From Trueperaceae bacterium (lineage in GTDB: Bacteria > Deinococcota > Deinococci > Deinococcales > Trueperaceae), in NCBI GenBank assembly GCA_007128755.1, contig SKWV01000455.1, forward strand, positions 1-34,626: 34,626 bases of DNA. The letters run 5' to 3'. The notes under the pieces were generated by a model. The model worked only from the letters and a program-made list of their open reading frames with translations. It did no database searches and was not told the DNA's origin. Positions 1-8,746 of the stretch are shown in pieces (within the stretch, counting starts at the first letter, position 1; every line of letters starts with the position of its first letter). The translations under genes and the position numbers were made by a program.

Positions 1-813
1 CGCGTAGCGGATGAACTCGTCGACGGCCTTGATCCTTCCGGGACGTCCGGCCATGCGCAGGTGCAGCCCGACGGACATCATCCTGGGCCAGCGCCGGCTC
101 TCCTCGTACAGCACGTCGAAGGAGTCCTTGAGGTAGGTCACGAAGTCACTCTCGAAGCCGGGTCCCGCCCAGGTATGCGAGTCGTTGACGTCGCCCGTGT
201 AGGGCACCACCACGTGCTGCCGGCCGTCGACCTCGACGAGGTAGGGCACGTCGTCGTTGTAGGCGTCGGAGTCGTAGACGAAGCCGCCCTCCTCCACCAG
301 CAGCGCCCGCGTGTTCATGCTCGGCGCCGTCCGGCAGTACCAGCCCTGGGGGCGTACGCCGGTCGTGGTGCGGATCGACTCGATCGCCATCGCGATGCGC
401 TCGCGCTCGAAGTCGCGCTCCATCGTGAAGTGCTCCTCCCAGCGGTAACCGTGGGCGGTGACCTCGTGGCCGGCGGCCACGATCGCCTTCGCCGCGGCGG
501 GGTTGCGCTCGAGCGCGACGGCGCAGACGCCGAAGGTCACCTTGACCTGGTGCCGGTCGAACAGGTCGAGCATCCGCCAGACGCCGACGCGGGAGCCGTA
601 CTCGAAGAACGACTCGTTCGCCAGGTTGCGCACGCCCTTCGGGAACTCCTTGACGCCCCACTCACCGAGCGTCTCCTGGCGGTCGCCACCGTCCGTGAGG
701 GTGTACTCGGATCCCTCCTCGTAGTTGACGACCAGGCTGATGGCCAGGCGGTTCCCGCCGGGCCAGTCGAACACCGGGGGTTGGTTGCCGTAGCCGACGT
801 AGTCACGATCCAT
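1..813 (-). CDS. puuE: Polysaccharide-deacetylase-fold allantoinase (PuuE-like); C-terminal end cut by the window edge
   Basis: Absent from the ORF track because it runs off the left edge. The minus strand from ATG 813..811 (AGGAGG about 9 nt upstream) reads MDRDYVGYGNQPPVFDWPGGNRLAISLVVNYEEGSEY...FEYGSRVGVWRMLDLF...AHGYRW...GLHLRMAGRPGRIKAVDEFIRYA. It is open for all 271 codons to position 1. It is collinear with my recollection of Pseudomonas PuuE. Confidence 0.8.
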   Translation of the reverse strand, partial: MDRDYVGYGNQPPVFDWPGGNRLAISLVVNYEEGSEYTLTDGGDRQETLGEWGVKEFPKGVRNLANESFFEYGSRVGVWRMLDLFDRHQVKVTFGVCAVALERNPAAAKAIVAAGHEVTAHGYRWEEHFTMERDFERERIAMAIESIRTTTGVRPQGWYCRTAPSMNTRALLVEEGGFVYDSDAYNDDVPYLVEVDGRQHVVVPYTGDVNDSHTWAGPGFESDFVTYLKDSFDVLYEESRRWPRMMSVGLHLRMAGRPGRIKAVDEFIRYA

Positions 814-861
814 CGCTGCATGCCTCCTGGGGCCGATCGAGCGGCGCGCGCGCTGCGTCGA

Positions 862-2088
862 TCATGCGTAGGTGAAGGGGTCGAACGGCTGGCCGCTGGC
901 CTCGGCCACGGCGGTCACGAAGGTGCTGGTGGAGTGCGGCGTGCGGTAGATGAGGTCGAAGAAGCGCTGCCGATCGCCTTCGCTGCCCTCGAAGCGCTTG
1001 AAGGCCTCGTTCACGATCCGGCGCCCGTAGTAGTACTGCGCGTAGTTCGTGCGCGCCAGCGAGTCGGTGAAGAACTCGTAGGCCCGTTCGGCGTCGTCGC
1101 GCAGCACGAAGTGGTCGACCATCAGGTCGACGGCCTCCGTGCGCGTCATCTCGCCGGTGTTACAGGCGAGACAGGCGTTGTTCATGGCGATCCGACCGAG
1201 ATCCATGTAGGCCAGCCCCATGCGGAGCGCAAGGGCCTCCTTCGTGTCGCCCTCATCCCAACCGAGGAAGTGCATGGCGACCTCGGGGCCCCCTTCGAAG
1301 ACGGCGTTCGTGGGGTTGTTGAGCTGGTAGTACGCCGCCTCGACGGGCCAGCGACCTTGCCCGTAGAGGGAGTCCCAGAGGGCGTAGAAGGTCTGGTGCC
1401 CCGGGTACGCCTCGTGACAGAGCACGTGCACGAAGAGGTCGCGCTGCCACGACTTGTCGATGTTGAAGTGCAGCCACCCACGCGCGTTGCCCGTGTACTG
1501 CGAGCGGCCGCTGTAGTGGACGTCACGGATGCCGGTGAAGGAGTCGACGCCCTCACCGGGCGGCAGCTTCAGGACCTTCAGCTCCGTGTCGCGCCGCGCG
1601 TCTTCGAGGATCTGCTTGCCCCAGTCGATCACCGCGTCCCCCGTGAGGCTCGTGTCAGCCAGCCACGTGTCGACCTGCCGCTCGAGCGGGCCCTCGTACC
1701 CGAGGGCGCCGAGGCCCTCGTGCAGCTCGGCGCGGAGCCGGTGCGTCTCGCTCTCCGGGATCGGGACGTGATCGATCTCGAGGATGCCACGAACGAGCTC
1801 CCGATACGGTCGGTCCTCGTCGCGCAAGACGCTGACGACGGTCCGCGAACCGCGGAGGAGCGCCGCCATGTAGGCGTGCGGGTGGCCGGTCGTGCCGGCC
1901 ACGACGGACTCGACGGTGTCGAGCGCCCCCTCGACGGCATCGAGGCTCGTGAGCGTCGGCGTGACGTCGGTGTAGTTCGTCAGGACGAGCGGGCGCCCGA
2001 AGCGTGGCCGCCCCAGCTCGCTGAGGCTCGTGACGGCGTCGACGTAGAGCCGAGCGGTTGCGGGATCGGTGTAGACGAGCGGTGGCAT
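862..2088 (-). CDS. DUF885-like putative metallopeptidase (HExxxGH motif), function unknown
   Basis: 408-aa ORF with GAAGGAG SD just upstream of ATG 2088. The HEAYPGH motif and the length recall DUF885-type proteins. No closer assignment is possible by eye. Confidence 0.6.
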   Translation of the reverse strand: MPPLVYTDPATARLYVDAVTSLSELGRPRFGRPLVLTNYTDVTPTLTSLDAVEGALDTVESVVAGTTGHPHAYMAALLRGSRTVVSVLRDEDRPYRELVRGILEIDHVPIPESETHRLRAELHEGLGALGYEGPLERQVDTWLADTSLTGDAVIDWGKQILEDARRDTELKVLKLPPGEGVDSFTGIRDVHYSGRSQYTGNARGWLHFNIDKSWQRDLFVHVLCHEAYPGHQTFYALWDSLYGQGRWPVEAAYYQLNNPTNAVFEGGPEVAMHFLGWDEGDTKEALALRMGLAYMDLGRIAMNNACLACNTGEMTRTEAVDLMVDHFVLRDDAERAYEFFTDSLARTNYAQYYYGRRIVNEAFKRFEGSEGDRQRFFDLIYRTPHSTSTFVTAVAEASGQPFDPFTYA

Positions 2089-2124
2089 GTGACTCCTTCG
2101 GGAGGGCGACGGGATCGGTCGGCC

Positions 2125-3798
2125 TCAGGGGCGGTCGGTCGCCGCGCCGGGCGCGGCGAGGGGGGTGGCGAGCGTGCCGCCCGGGGGGACGGCGTACGGG
2201 GGCGTGAAGCGCAAGGCTGGTTCGAGCGCGATGGTGCGCGCCGGCCGGAGGGCCGCGAGACCCTTTCGCACGCCGTCGACGAGGCGCTGGATGCGCGCGA
2301 GGTCGGTGTCGTCGAGGGGGAGAGCTTGCCGCTCCGCCTCGTCACGCAACGCGTCCGTGATCGGCGTCGCCGCGCGCGTGGGCATCATCGCATCCGGCGC
2401 GGGCGTCACGACCGTCGTCACCAGCGTCGGCCGCCGCGCGTGCCATGTGGTAGCACGCTCGAACGCGTGCGCGACGCGGAACATCATCGACTCGTCGAAG
2501 TGACGGGCTACGACCTGGAGGGCCACGGGGAGGCCGTCGCCGTCGACACCGCACGGGAGCGTGATGGCAGGGTGTCCGGTGAGGTTCCAGTGTCGCGTCC
2601 CCCAGCTCGTGTCCGGGGGCGACTGGACCCACGCCTCGCGGGTGACGCGCGTGAACGGGAGCGTGGGTGTGACGAGTGCGTCGATGTCGGCGAACGCCGC
2701 CGCGGCCTCGTGGGCCCAGAGGGTGCGGAGTTGCTGGGCGAGGGCGACGTCGGCGCCGGAAGCGAAGGCGCCGGAGGCGATGTGGGCTCGGGCCTTGGGG
2801 CCGTAACGGCGACCTTCGCTGCGGAGCGTGGCGGCGTGCAGGGCGAACGCCTCCCACATCGAGATCAGGTTGCCGGCAGGTGCGACGGAGCCGGCCGAGG
2901 GGAGGTGGACGGGGACGATGGTGGCGCCCAACGCGCGCAGCACCTCCAGCACCTCGCCGAAGGCGGCTTCGACGGAGCGTTCGAGCCCCTCGTGGAAGTG
3001 GTCGAGGCTGACGCCGACGCGCACACCCCGAAGGTCGTCCGTCAGCGCGTCCAGGTAGCGCGGGACGGCGACGTCCGCCGACGTCGGGTCGCGCGGATCG
3101 TGCCCCGCCATCGCCTCCAGCATGAGCGCTGCGTCGGTCACGGTGCGCGTCATCGGTCCGACGCTGTCCATCGACCACGAGAGCGGCACGAGCCCGAACC
3201 GGCTCACGCGTCCGTAGGTGGCCTTGAGCCCGACGATGCCGCAGAGCGCGGCGGGCGCGCGGATCGATCCGCCGGTGTCGCTGCCGGTGGCGATGGTCGT
3301 GAGGCCGCCCGCGATCGCCGAGGCGGACCCGGCGCTCGACGCGCCGCTGTAGAGCGTGGGATCCCACGGGTTCGGCGTGTCGCCGTGCTCGATCATGTCG
3401 CCGCAGGCGAACTCGGTGGTGTTGGTCTTGCCGAGCAGGATCGCGCCGGCCGCCTCGAGGCGCGCCACGGCCGTGGCGCCCTCGGTCGGCGCGTGCGCGA
3501 ACGACGTGCGGGAGTGCACCCCGGTGCGGACGCGGCGCGTCCAGAGGTTGTCCTTGTGCGAGACCGGCACGCCGAAGAGCGGAGCGTCTCCACGCCCCTT
3601 GCCGATCTCGTACTCGGCGAACCTCGCGGCGGACATCGCCGCGTCGGCGGTGACCAGCACGTGTGAGCGGTAGACGCCATCGAACGTGTCGAGGCGGCGG
3701 AGCAGCGCCGCGACCACCTCCACGGGCGAGACCTCGCGCGCGGTGTAGGCGGCGCGCAGTTCGGTGGCGCTCAGGAACGCGAGGCCGTCGTCAGTCAC
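2125..3798 (-). CDS. Amidase-signature (Ser-cisSer-Lys) amidase with about 95-aa C-terminal extension
   Basis: 557-aa ORF with GTG start preceded by AAGGGGTGAAGG. Motifs HKDN, GASSAGSASAIAGG and GSDTGGSIRAPAALCG are typical of GatA/AtzE/allophanate-hydrolase relatives. The AS domain seems to end near ...AHAFERATTWH, leaving an extra tail. Confidence 0.85.
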   Translation of the reverse strand: MTDDGLAFLSATELRAAYTAREVSPVEVVAALLRRLDTFDGVYRSHVLVTADAAMSAARFAEYEIGKGRGDAPLFGVPVSHKDNLWTRRVRTGVHSRTSFAHAPTEGATAVARLEAAGAILLGKTNTTEFACGDMIEHGDTPNPWDPTLYSGASSAGSASAIAGGLTTIATGSDTGGSIRAPAALCGIVGLKATYGRVSRFGLVPLSWSMDSVGPMTRTVTDAALMLEAMAGHDPRDPTSADVAVPRYLDALTDDLRGVRVGVSLDHFHEGLERSVEAAFGEVLEVLRALGATIVPVHLPSAGSVAPAGNLISMWEAFALHAATLRSEGRRYGPKARAHIASGAFASGADVALAQQLRTLWAHEAAAAFADIDALVTPTLPFTRVTREAWVQSPPDTSWGTRHWNLTGHPAITLPCGVDGDGLPVALQVVARHFDESMMFRVAHAFERATTWHARRPTLVTTVVTPAPDAMMPTRAATPITDALRDEAERQALPLDDTDLARIQRLVDGVRKGLAALRPARTIALEPALRFTPPYAVPPGGTLATPLAAPGAATDRP

Positions 3799-3804
3799 GT
3801 GCCT

Positions 3805-4647
3805 TCACCCCTTGATCCAGGCGCCCCAGGCGGGCTGCCAGGCCTCGACGGCGATCGAGTAGGCGGCGTAGGCCTCGACCATGGTCGCCGCCTCGAACGC
3901 CACGGTGTCGTCGTCGACGAGACTGGCCCCGAGCTGCCGCGCGGCGCTCTCCGCCGAGCCGGTCTCCTTGAACTGCAGCCGGATCGCGACCGGCGCGCTC
4001 GATGCCTCCGGCTTCACGCGTGAAGCGTGCCCCACGCCCGCCGCGGCGCCGCGCCGGATCGCGGCGCAGGCGAGCGAGGGGTGGAGGCAGCGCGCGGCGT
4101 AGCGGCCGAGGGCCCACTTGACGGTCACCAGTTCGGCGTCCGGGCAGTCGAGCGCCGCCTCGGCGGTGGTGAGGTCGTCGCCGGTCACCAGCATCGTCGG
4201 CACGCCGAGCGAGGCGGCGACGCGCGCGTTCAGACCGATCTCGCCGACGACCCGGCCATCGACGGAGAGGTTCGCCACCGCCTGCCCGTTCGTGGTGTGG
4301 CTGAGCACGCCCGCGCGGCCGTGGCGCGTGTGATACCCGACGAGCAGGAGCGCCGAGAAGCTCCCGTCGAGGCCGTCGATCTGACCGAGGCGCCGCGGCG
4401 AACCGGTGATCAGCTGCGCGCGGGGGTCGAGATCGGCGATGCGCATGTTGCGCATGCCGTTCCCGCCATGCGAGTCGCTCACGACTACCTCGGTCGCTCC
4501 CGCATCGAAGGCTCCCTGCACGGCGGCGTTCGCCTCCTGCGCCATCGCGGTACGGCCGAGCTCGTAGTCGAAGCCCTTCGGGTCGGTCTGCTCGCGGTGC
4601 ACGATGCCGGCGCACCCTTCCATATCGACGGAGACGTAGACCTTCAT
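3805..4647 (-). CDS. Peptidase M55 family D-aminopeptidase (Bacillus DppA-like)
   Basis: 280 aa. The N-terminus MKVYVSVDMEGCAGI, the SDSHGGN motif and the length are collinear with M55 D-aminopeptidases. GAAGGAG SD lies before ATG 4647. Confidence 0.8.
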   Translation of the reverse strand: MKVYVSVDMEGCAGIVHREQTDPKGFDYELGRTAMAQEANAAVQGAFDAGATEVVVSDSHGGNGMRNMRIADLDPRAQLITGSPRRLGQIDGLDGSFSALLLVGYHTRHGRAGVLSHTTNGQAVANLSVDGRVVGEIGLNARVAASLGVPTMLVTGDDLTTAEAALDCPDAELVTVKWALGRYAARCLHPSLACAAIRRGAAAGVGHASRVKPEASSAPVAIRLQFKETGSAESAARQLGASLVDDDTVAFEAATMVEAYAAYSIAVEAWQPAWGAWIKG

Positions 4648-4676
4648 GTGGGTGCTCCTTCTCGGGGTGTCTCGCG

Positions 4677-5882
4677 TCAGGCGCCGATGTTGGCGAAGGT
4701 CCGGAAGTCGCGGGGGTCGGGAAGCCGCGCCGAGCCGCCGACGACGCTGAGGCGCCCATCCACCCAGACGTGCTCGACACGCTCGATGACCGTCAGGTCG
4801 GCCGAGAGGTCGCCGCCGAGGATGACGATGTCGGCCGTCTTGCCCTCATCGAGGCTGCCGGTCCGGTCGGACTGGCGGATCAGCTCCGCCCCACGGATGG
4901 TGATCGCCTGCAGCACGTCGATCTCGCGCTCGAACACCCCGAACTCGAGGAGCTGCTGCATCTCGGCGAGGATCGCGCCGTGCGGAACCACGGGCGAGCC
5001 CGAGTCGGTGCCGAACGCGAGCTTCGCGCCGGCGCGGCGCGCGCGCCCGAGGCCCTCGTGGCGACCCTTGTCGGCGAGCTGGGCGCGACGGCGGTCGATG
5101 ACGCTCTGCTTCATGCCCCAGGCGGCTCCCTCGCGGGCCTGCAGCACGACCGGCGACAGCGTGGGGACGATCCAGACGCCGCCCTCGACGATCTTGGCGA
5201 TCAGTTCGTCGCTGTAGTCGCCCCCGTGCTCGATGCAGTCGACGCCCGCGTCGACGGCCAGCTCGGCCCACACGCCCGCGTCGGTCGTGACCGGCACGCC
5301 TTGATCATGGGCCTGCTCAACGCATGCCGAGAGCTCGGCGGGCGTGTAGGAGTGCGCCATCAGCTTGATCCAGTCGGCGCCGTCGCGTATCTGCTCGCGC
5401 GTCGCCTTGCGGACCTCGTCCGCTCCATCGGCCTCGCGGTTCCCGTACCAGATGTGCCCGCCGGTCCGGCAGATCGCGCGACCGCAGGTGATGACCTTCG
5501 GCCCGGCGATGAGGCCGCCCTGCTGCGCCTGGCGTGCCACCAGTCCGGTGTCGTGGACGCCCCCGAGATCGCGGAACGTCGTGACGCCCGCCTCGACGGC
5601 GGAGATGAGCCCGCGAGCGACCTTGACGTAGCCCATCGGCCCATCGTGGCGGCTCTGTCCCTCGAGGTCCGAGAACCCATCCCAGGCGAGATGCCCGTGC
5701 AGGTTCATCAGGCCCGGCATGACGGTCTTGCCACCGGCGTCGATGACGTTCCCGCGTTCGCCGACCTCGCCGACCTGGGCGATCGTTCCACCGTCGATGA
5801 CGATGCCGGGGTTCGGTCTGAACACGCCCGCGACGGCGTCGAACAGCGTGCCCCCCTTGATGGTGAAGGTCGTGCTGCTCAT
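4677..5882 (-). CDS. Amidohydrolase-superfamily metal hydrolase (COG1228 / imidazolonepropionase-prolidase-like)
   Basis: 401 aa with MPGLMNLHGHL (HxH), WIKLMAH, CIEHGG and FGTDSG. The start ATG overlaps the upstream stop as ATGA (5879..5882). It is a paralogue of 33274..34506. Confidence 0.8.
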   Translation of the reverse strand: MSSTTFTIKGGTLFDAVAGVFRPNPGIVIDGGTIAQVGEVGERGNVIDAGGKTVMPGLMNLHGHLAWDGFSDLEGQSRHDGPMGYVKVARGLISAVEAGVTTFRDLGGVHDTGLVARQAQQGGLIAGPKVITCGRAICRTGGHIWYGNREADGADEVRKATREQIRDGADWIKLMAHSYTPAELSACVEQAHDQGVPVTTDAGVWAELAVDAGVDCIEHGGDYSDELIAKIVEGGVWIVPTLSPVVLQAREGAAWGMKQSVIDRRRAQLADKGRHEGLGRARRAGAKLAFGTDSGSPVVPHGAILAEMQQLLEFGVFEREIDVLQAITIRGAELIRQSDRTGSLDEGKTADIVILGGDLSADLTVIERVEHVWVDGRLSVVGGSARLPDPRDFRTFANIGA

Positions 5883-7348
5883 CGGGTGGTCCTCCCTGAG
5901 ATCTGGGGTTCGGGTGGTTCGGCGGCGGTCGCCGGTTCACGCACGACGACTTCCCCGCGTCCTGGTTCGGCGAGGATGCGTCCCGCTTCGACGACGCACG
6001 CTCCTCGTGACCAGACCGAGACGATGGCACCCTGGCAGCGCCGACCGAGCACGTGTCGGATCGCATCGGCGCTGCGACTGTGGAAGGTCTCGGGCGTCAG
6101 CACCGTCTCCGCCTCGGGATCGAGGAGCACGAGGTCGGCGTCGGCTCCCTCGCGGACGTGCCCCTTGCGAGTGCCGATGCCGAACAGGGTCGCCGGCCGC
6201 TCGGAGGTCCAGGCGACCACCTCTTCGAGGGTCGAGGCGCCTCGCAGCGCCTCGTCCCAGAGCAAACGACCGGTGAGCTCCACGCCGGGGATGCCGGACC
6301 CGACGTGCCAGATATCACTCCAACCCATCTCCTTCTCGTCGCCGCGGAAGGGCGCGTGATCGCTCGCGATGGTGGCGATCGTGCCGTCGCGCAGCGCCGC
6401 GCGCAGGGCGGCCTGATCGGCGCTCGTGCGCATGGGGGGGTTGATCTTGACGAACGGCCCGTGCGTGCGGATGTCGTCCTCCGAGCCGAAGAGGTAGGCG
6501 GGCGTCGTCTCGGCCGTCATCTCCTGGCCGCGCGAGCGGAACCAGCGGATGTACTCGACGGCGCGACCCGAGCTGAGGTGCACGACGTGGACGCGGGCGC
6601 CGATCACCTCGTTCATGGCACCGAGCCGCGCCACCGCGATCGCCTCGGCCACGTCGGGCCGGGAGCGGGCGTGCGCGATCGGGTCGGAGCGACCGGCCGC
6701 CTGCTGACGGGCCTCGAAGAGGTCGATCAGCCCCTGGTCCTCGGCGTGGACGCACATCAGGAGGCCGGTGTCACGCACCAGCTCGAGCGCTCGGTACACG
6801 TCCCGGTCCTCGGTCATCGCGAGGCCGGCGAAGGAGGACTCGCGCCCCGGCGGGAAGCCGTGCATCATCACCTTGAACGCCACGGCACCGGCGTCGGCCA
6901 TCTCCTGCAGCCGCGGGGCGTCGAGGTCGCCCGGAGCGGCGAAGAAACCGACGTCGATGCGCGCCTGGTCACGCGCGAGCCGCATGCGGCGCTCCAGCAC
7001 CTCGGGCGTGGCGCAGGCGGGCTCGCTGATCGGCATCTCCAGGATCGTGGTGACGCCGCCGGCCGCCGCCGCCGCCGTGCCGGAGTCGAAGTCCTCGCGC
7101 TCGGGGTGATCGGGTGCCCGACAGTGGAAGTGCGTGTCGACGATGCCGGGGAGCACGAACAGCCCGCGGGCGTCGACCGTGCGGTGGGCGCTCAGGAGGG
7201 TGCCGGGCGCGGCCACCGCGACGATCCGTCCATCGCGGACGCCCACGTCGAGGAGCGCGCGACCGCCATCGCCTACTACCGTGCCGCCGACGATCTTCAG
7301 GTCGAGGGGCTCGGCCACCTCAGCCTCGCCTGACCGGGTTCCGATCAT
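5879..7348 (-). CDS. Cyclic amidohydrolase (allantoinase / D-hydantoinase / dihydropyrimidinase / dihydroorotase family)
   Basis: 489 aa. It carries the full ligand set of this family: DTHFH, AFKVMM (carboxylated Lys), VHAED, VVHLSS and IASDHAP. ATGA overlap with the upstream aminotransferase stop (7345..7348). Confidence 0.85.
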   Translation of the reverse strand: MIGTRSGEAEVAEPLDLKIVGGTVVGDGGRALLDVGVRDGRIVAVAAPGTLLSAHRTVDARGLFVLPGIVDTHFHCRAPDHPEREDFDSGTAAAAAGGVTTILEMPISEPACATPEVLERRMRLARDQARIDVGFFAAPGDLDAPRLQEMADAGAVAFKVMMHGFPPGRESSFAGLAMTEDRDVYRALELVRDTGLLMCVHAEDQGLIDLFEARQQAAGRSDPIAHARSRPDVAEAIAVARLGAMNEVIGARVHVVHLSSGRAVEYIRWFRSRGQEMTAETTPAYLFGSEDDIRTHGPFVKINPPMRTSADQAALRAALRDGTIATIASDHAPFRGDEKEMGWSDIWHVGSGIPGVELTGRLLWDEALRGASTLEEVVAWTSERPATLFGIGTRKGHVREGADADLVLLDPEAETVLTPETFHSRSADAIRHVLGRRCQGAIVSVWSRGACVVEAGRILAEPGRGEVVVREPATAAEPPEPQISGRTTR

Positions 7349-8493
7349 GCGTGCGCGTCGGCTTCAGCGCGGATCCGTCGCACCAGCGCCTGCAGCCGCT
7401 CCAAGCCCTCCTCGAGCCGGGGCGACGCCTGCATGAGCGAGCCACGGATGCAGCCGTCACCACCCGCGCCGAGAATCAGGCCCGCCTCGCGTGCCAGCCG
7501 CATGAACGTCTCGAGGTCGACACCGCTCGGCCGGACGTCCGCGAAGATGTAGTAGGCGCCCCGCGGCCGGGCGTACGGCAGCTCGATCTCGTCGAGTGCC
7601 TGCATCCAGGCGATCCGTCGCCGGTCGTACTCGGCGAGGATGGGGACGAACCAGTCGCGCGGCGCGTTCAGCGCCGCGGCTGCACCGTACTGCGCCGTGA
7701 TCGGCGCGCAGATCGTCATCGCGTGGTGGAACGGCAGCATGGCGTGGATGAGATCCGGTGGCGCGACGACGTATCCGAGGCGGACGCCCGTCAGCGCGTA
7801 CCCCTTCGACAAGCTGTTGATCGTCACCGTGCGCTCGCGTGCGGCAGGCAGCGTGGCGACCGAGGTGTGGACGGCGCCGTCGAACACGTAATGCTCGTAG
7901 ATCTCGTCGGAGACGATCACGAGATCGTGCTCTTCGGCTACACGCACGATCGACTCGAGCACGTCGCGGGGGAAGACGGCGCCCGTCGGGTTGCTCGGCG
8001 ACACGAGGATGACCGCCTTGGTGCGCGGAGTGATGGCTGCGGCGATCGCCTCGGCCGTCGGCACGAAGCCCGACGCGAACGTGGTGGGGACCCGCACCAT
8101 CGTGCCGCCGGCGATCGTGGCCGCACGAGTGTAGACGCCGTAGTGCGGGTCCGTGATGAGGACCTCGTCGCCGGGATCGAGCAGCGTCATGAGGACCGTC
8201 ATCAGAGCTTCCTGCGCGCCGGCGGTGACGAGGACCTCGGATTCGGGATCGATGCGGAGGCCGTTCTCGCGCTCGAGCTTCGCGGCGATCGCCTCGCGGA
8301 GCGCCGGTATGCCCGCCCAGGCGGTGTACTGGAGCTTCGCGGCCAGGAGCGAATCGACCATCGCGTCGATGATGAACGACGGCGTCGTGAAGTCGGGCGT
8401 GCCGGACGCGAGATTGATGGACCCTGACGTGTCGATCGACGTCTGGGGCTGGATCGCGATCGATCTGGCCCGAGCGGATACGAAGTCGCGCAT
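7345..8493 (-). CDS. Class I/II (fold-type I, AspC-like) PLP aminotransferase
   Basis: The track ORF extends to 8727, but that extension crosses the promoter and operator. ATG 8493 has a GGGAGAGG SD and gives 382 aa. Motifs SPSNPTG, SDEIYEH and SLSKGYALTGVRLGY (PLP lysine). Confidence 0.85.
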   Translation of the reverse strand: MRDFVSARARSIAIQPQTSIDTSGSINLASGTPDFTTPSFIIDAMVDSLLAAKLQYTAWAGIPALREAIAAKLERENGLRIDPESEVLVTAGAQEALMTVLMTLLDPGDEVLITDPHYGVYTRAATIAGGTMVRVPTTFASGFVPTAEAIAAAITPRTKAVILVSPSNPTGAVFPRDVLESIVRVAEEHDLVIVSDEIYEHYVFDGAVHTSVATLPAARERTVTINSLSKGYALTGVRLGYVVAPPDLIHAMLPFHHAMTICAPITAQYGAAAALNAPRDWFVPILAEYDRRRIAWMQALDEIELPYARPRGAYYIFADVRPSGVDLETFMRLAREAGLILGAGGDGCIRGSLMQASPRLEEGLERLQALVRRIRAEADAHA

Positions 8494-8583
8494 GCCTCTC
8501 CCTGTCGGCGCACGGGACCGAACCGGGCGCGGGTCGGGGTTGACGACACGAGACATGCAGTGCGTGCAGGAAGCTGCGCCAAG

Positions 8584-8601
8584 CTGTCGATTGTCGACAA
8601 T
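8584..8601 (-). promoter_or_regulatory. 18-bp GntR-type operator ATTGTCGACAATCGACAG (read on the minus strand), copy 1
   Basis: Exact reverse complement of 9520..9537, and the flanks diverge immediately. It contains the perfect 12-bp palindrome ATTGTCGACAAT, which fits the GT-Nx-AC core typical of GntR/FadR operators. It lies 12 nt downstream of the -10 of the promoter at 8614..8642. Confidence 0.7.
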
Positions 8602-8613
8602 CACCCGCCGAGC

Positions 8614-8642
8614 AGTATCGGCCGTCAGGAAGGCATTGTCAA
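8614..8642 (-). promoter_or_regulatory. Sigma-70/SigA-type promoter for the aminotransferase-led operon
   Basis: The minus strand reads TTGACA (8642..8637), a 17-nt spacer, then GATACT (8619..8614). It sits in the 253-bp gap between the gntR stop and ATG 8493. Confidence 0.55.
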
Positions 8643-8746
8643 GGTGACGAGGTCGTGAACGGTCTCCACCCGTATCGCCGCCGCGCTGGCGCGACCAGAT
8701 CGCGGTTCCCTCTTGGAGCCGCTCCACCAGTCGACGGCCGCGCGAC

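Noticed and set aside
61-3666. 1201-aa plus-strand ORF, the longest in the track
   Set aside because: It lies antisense to four minus-strand genes that carry clear family motifs (PuuE-like, DUF885-like, amidase). Its translation is Arg/Ala/Gly/Val-rich with no recognisable domain. This is a typical stop-codon-poor antisense frame in about 70% GC DNA.
8494-8727. N-terminal 78-aa extension of the aminotransferase ORF (track start at 8727)
   Set aside because: The extension would be translated across the TTGACA promoter and the 18-bp operator, and it has no similarity to aminotransferase N-termini. ATG 8493 has a good SD and gives a normal-length protein.
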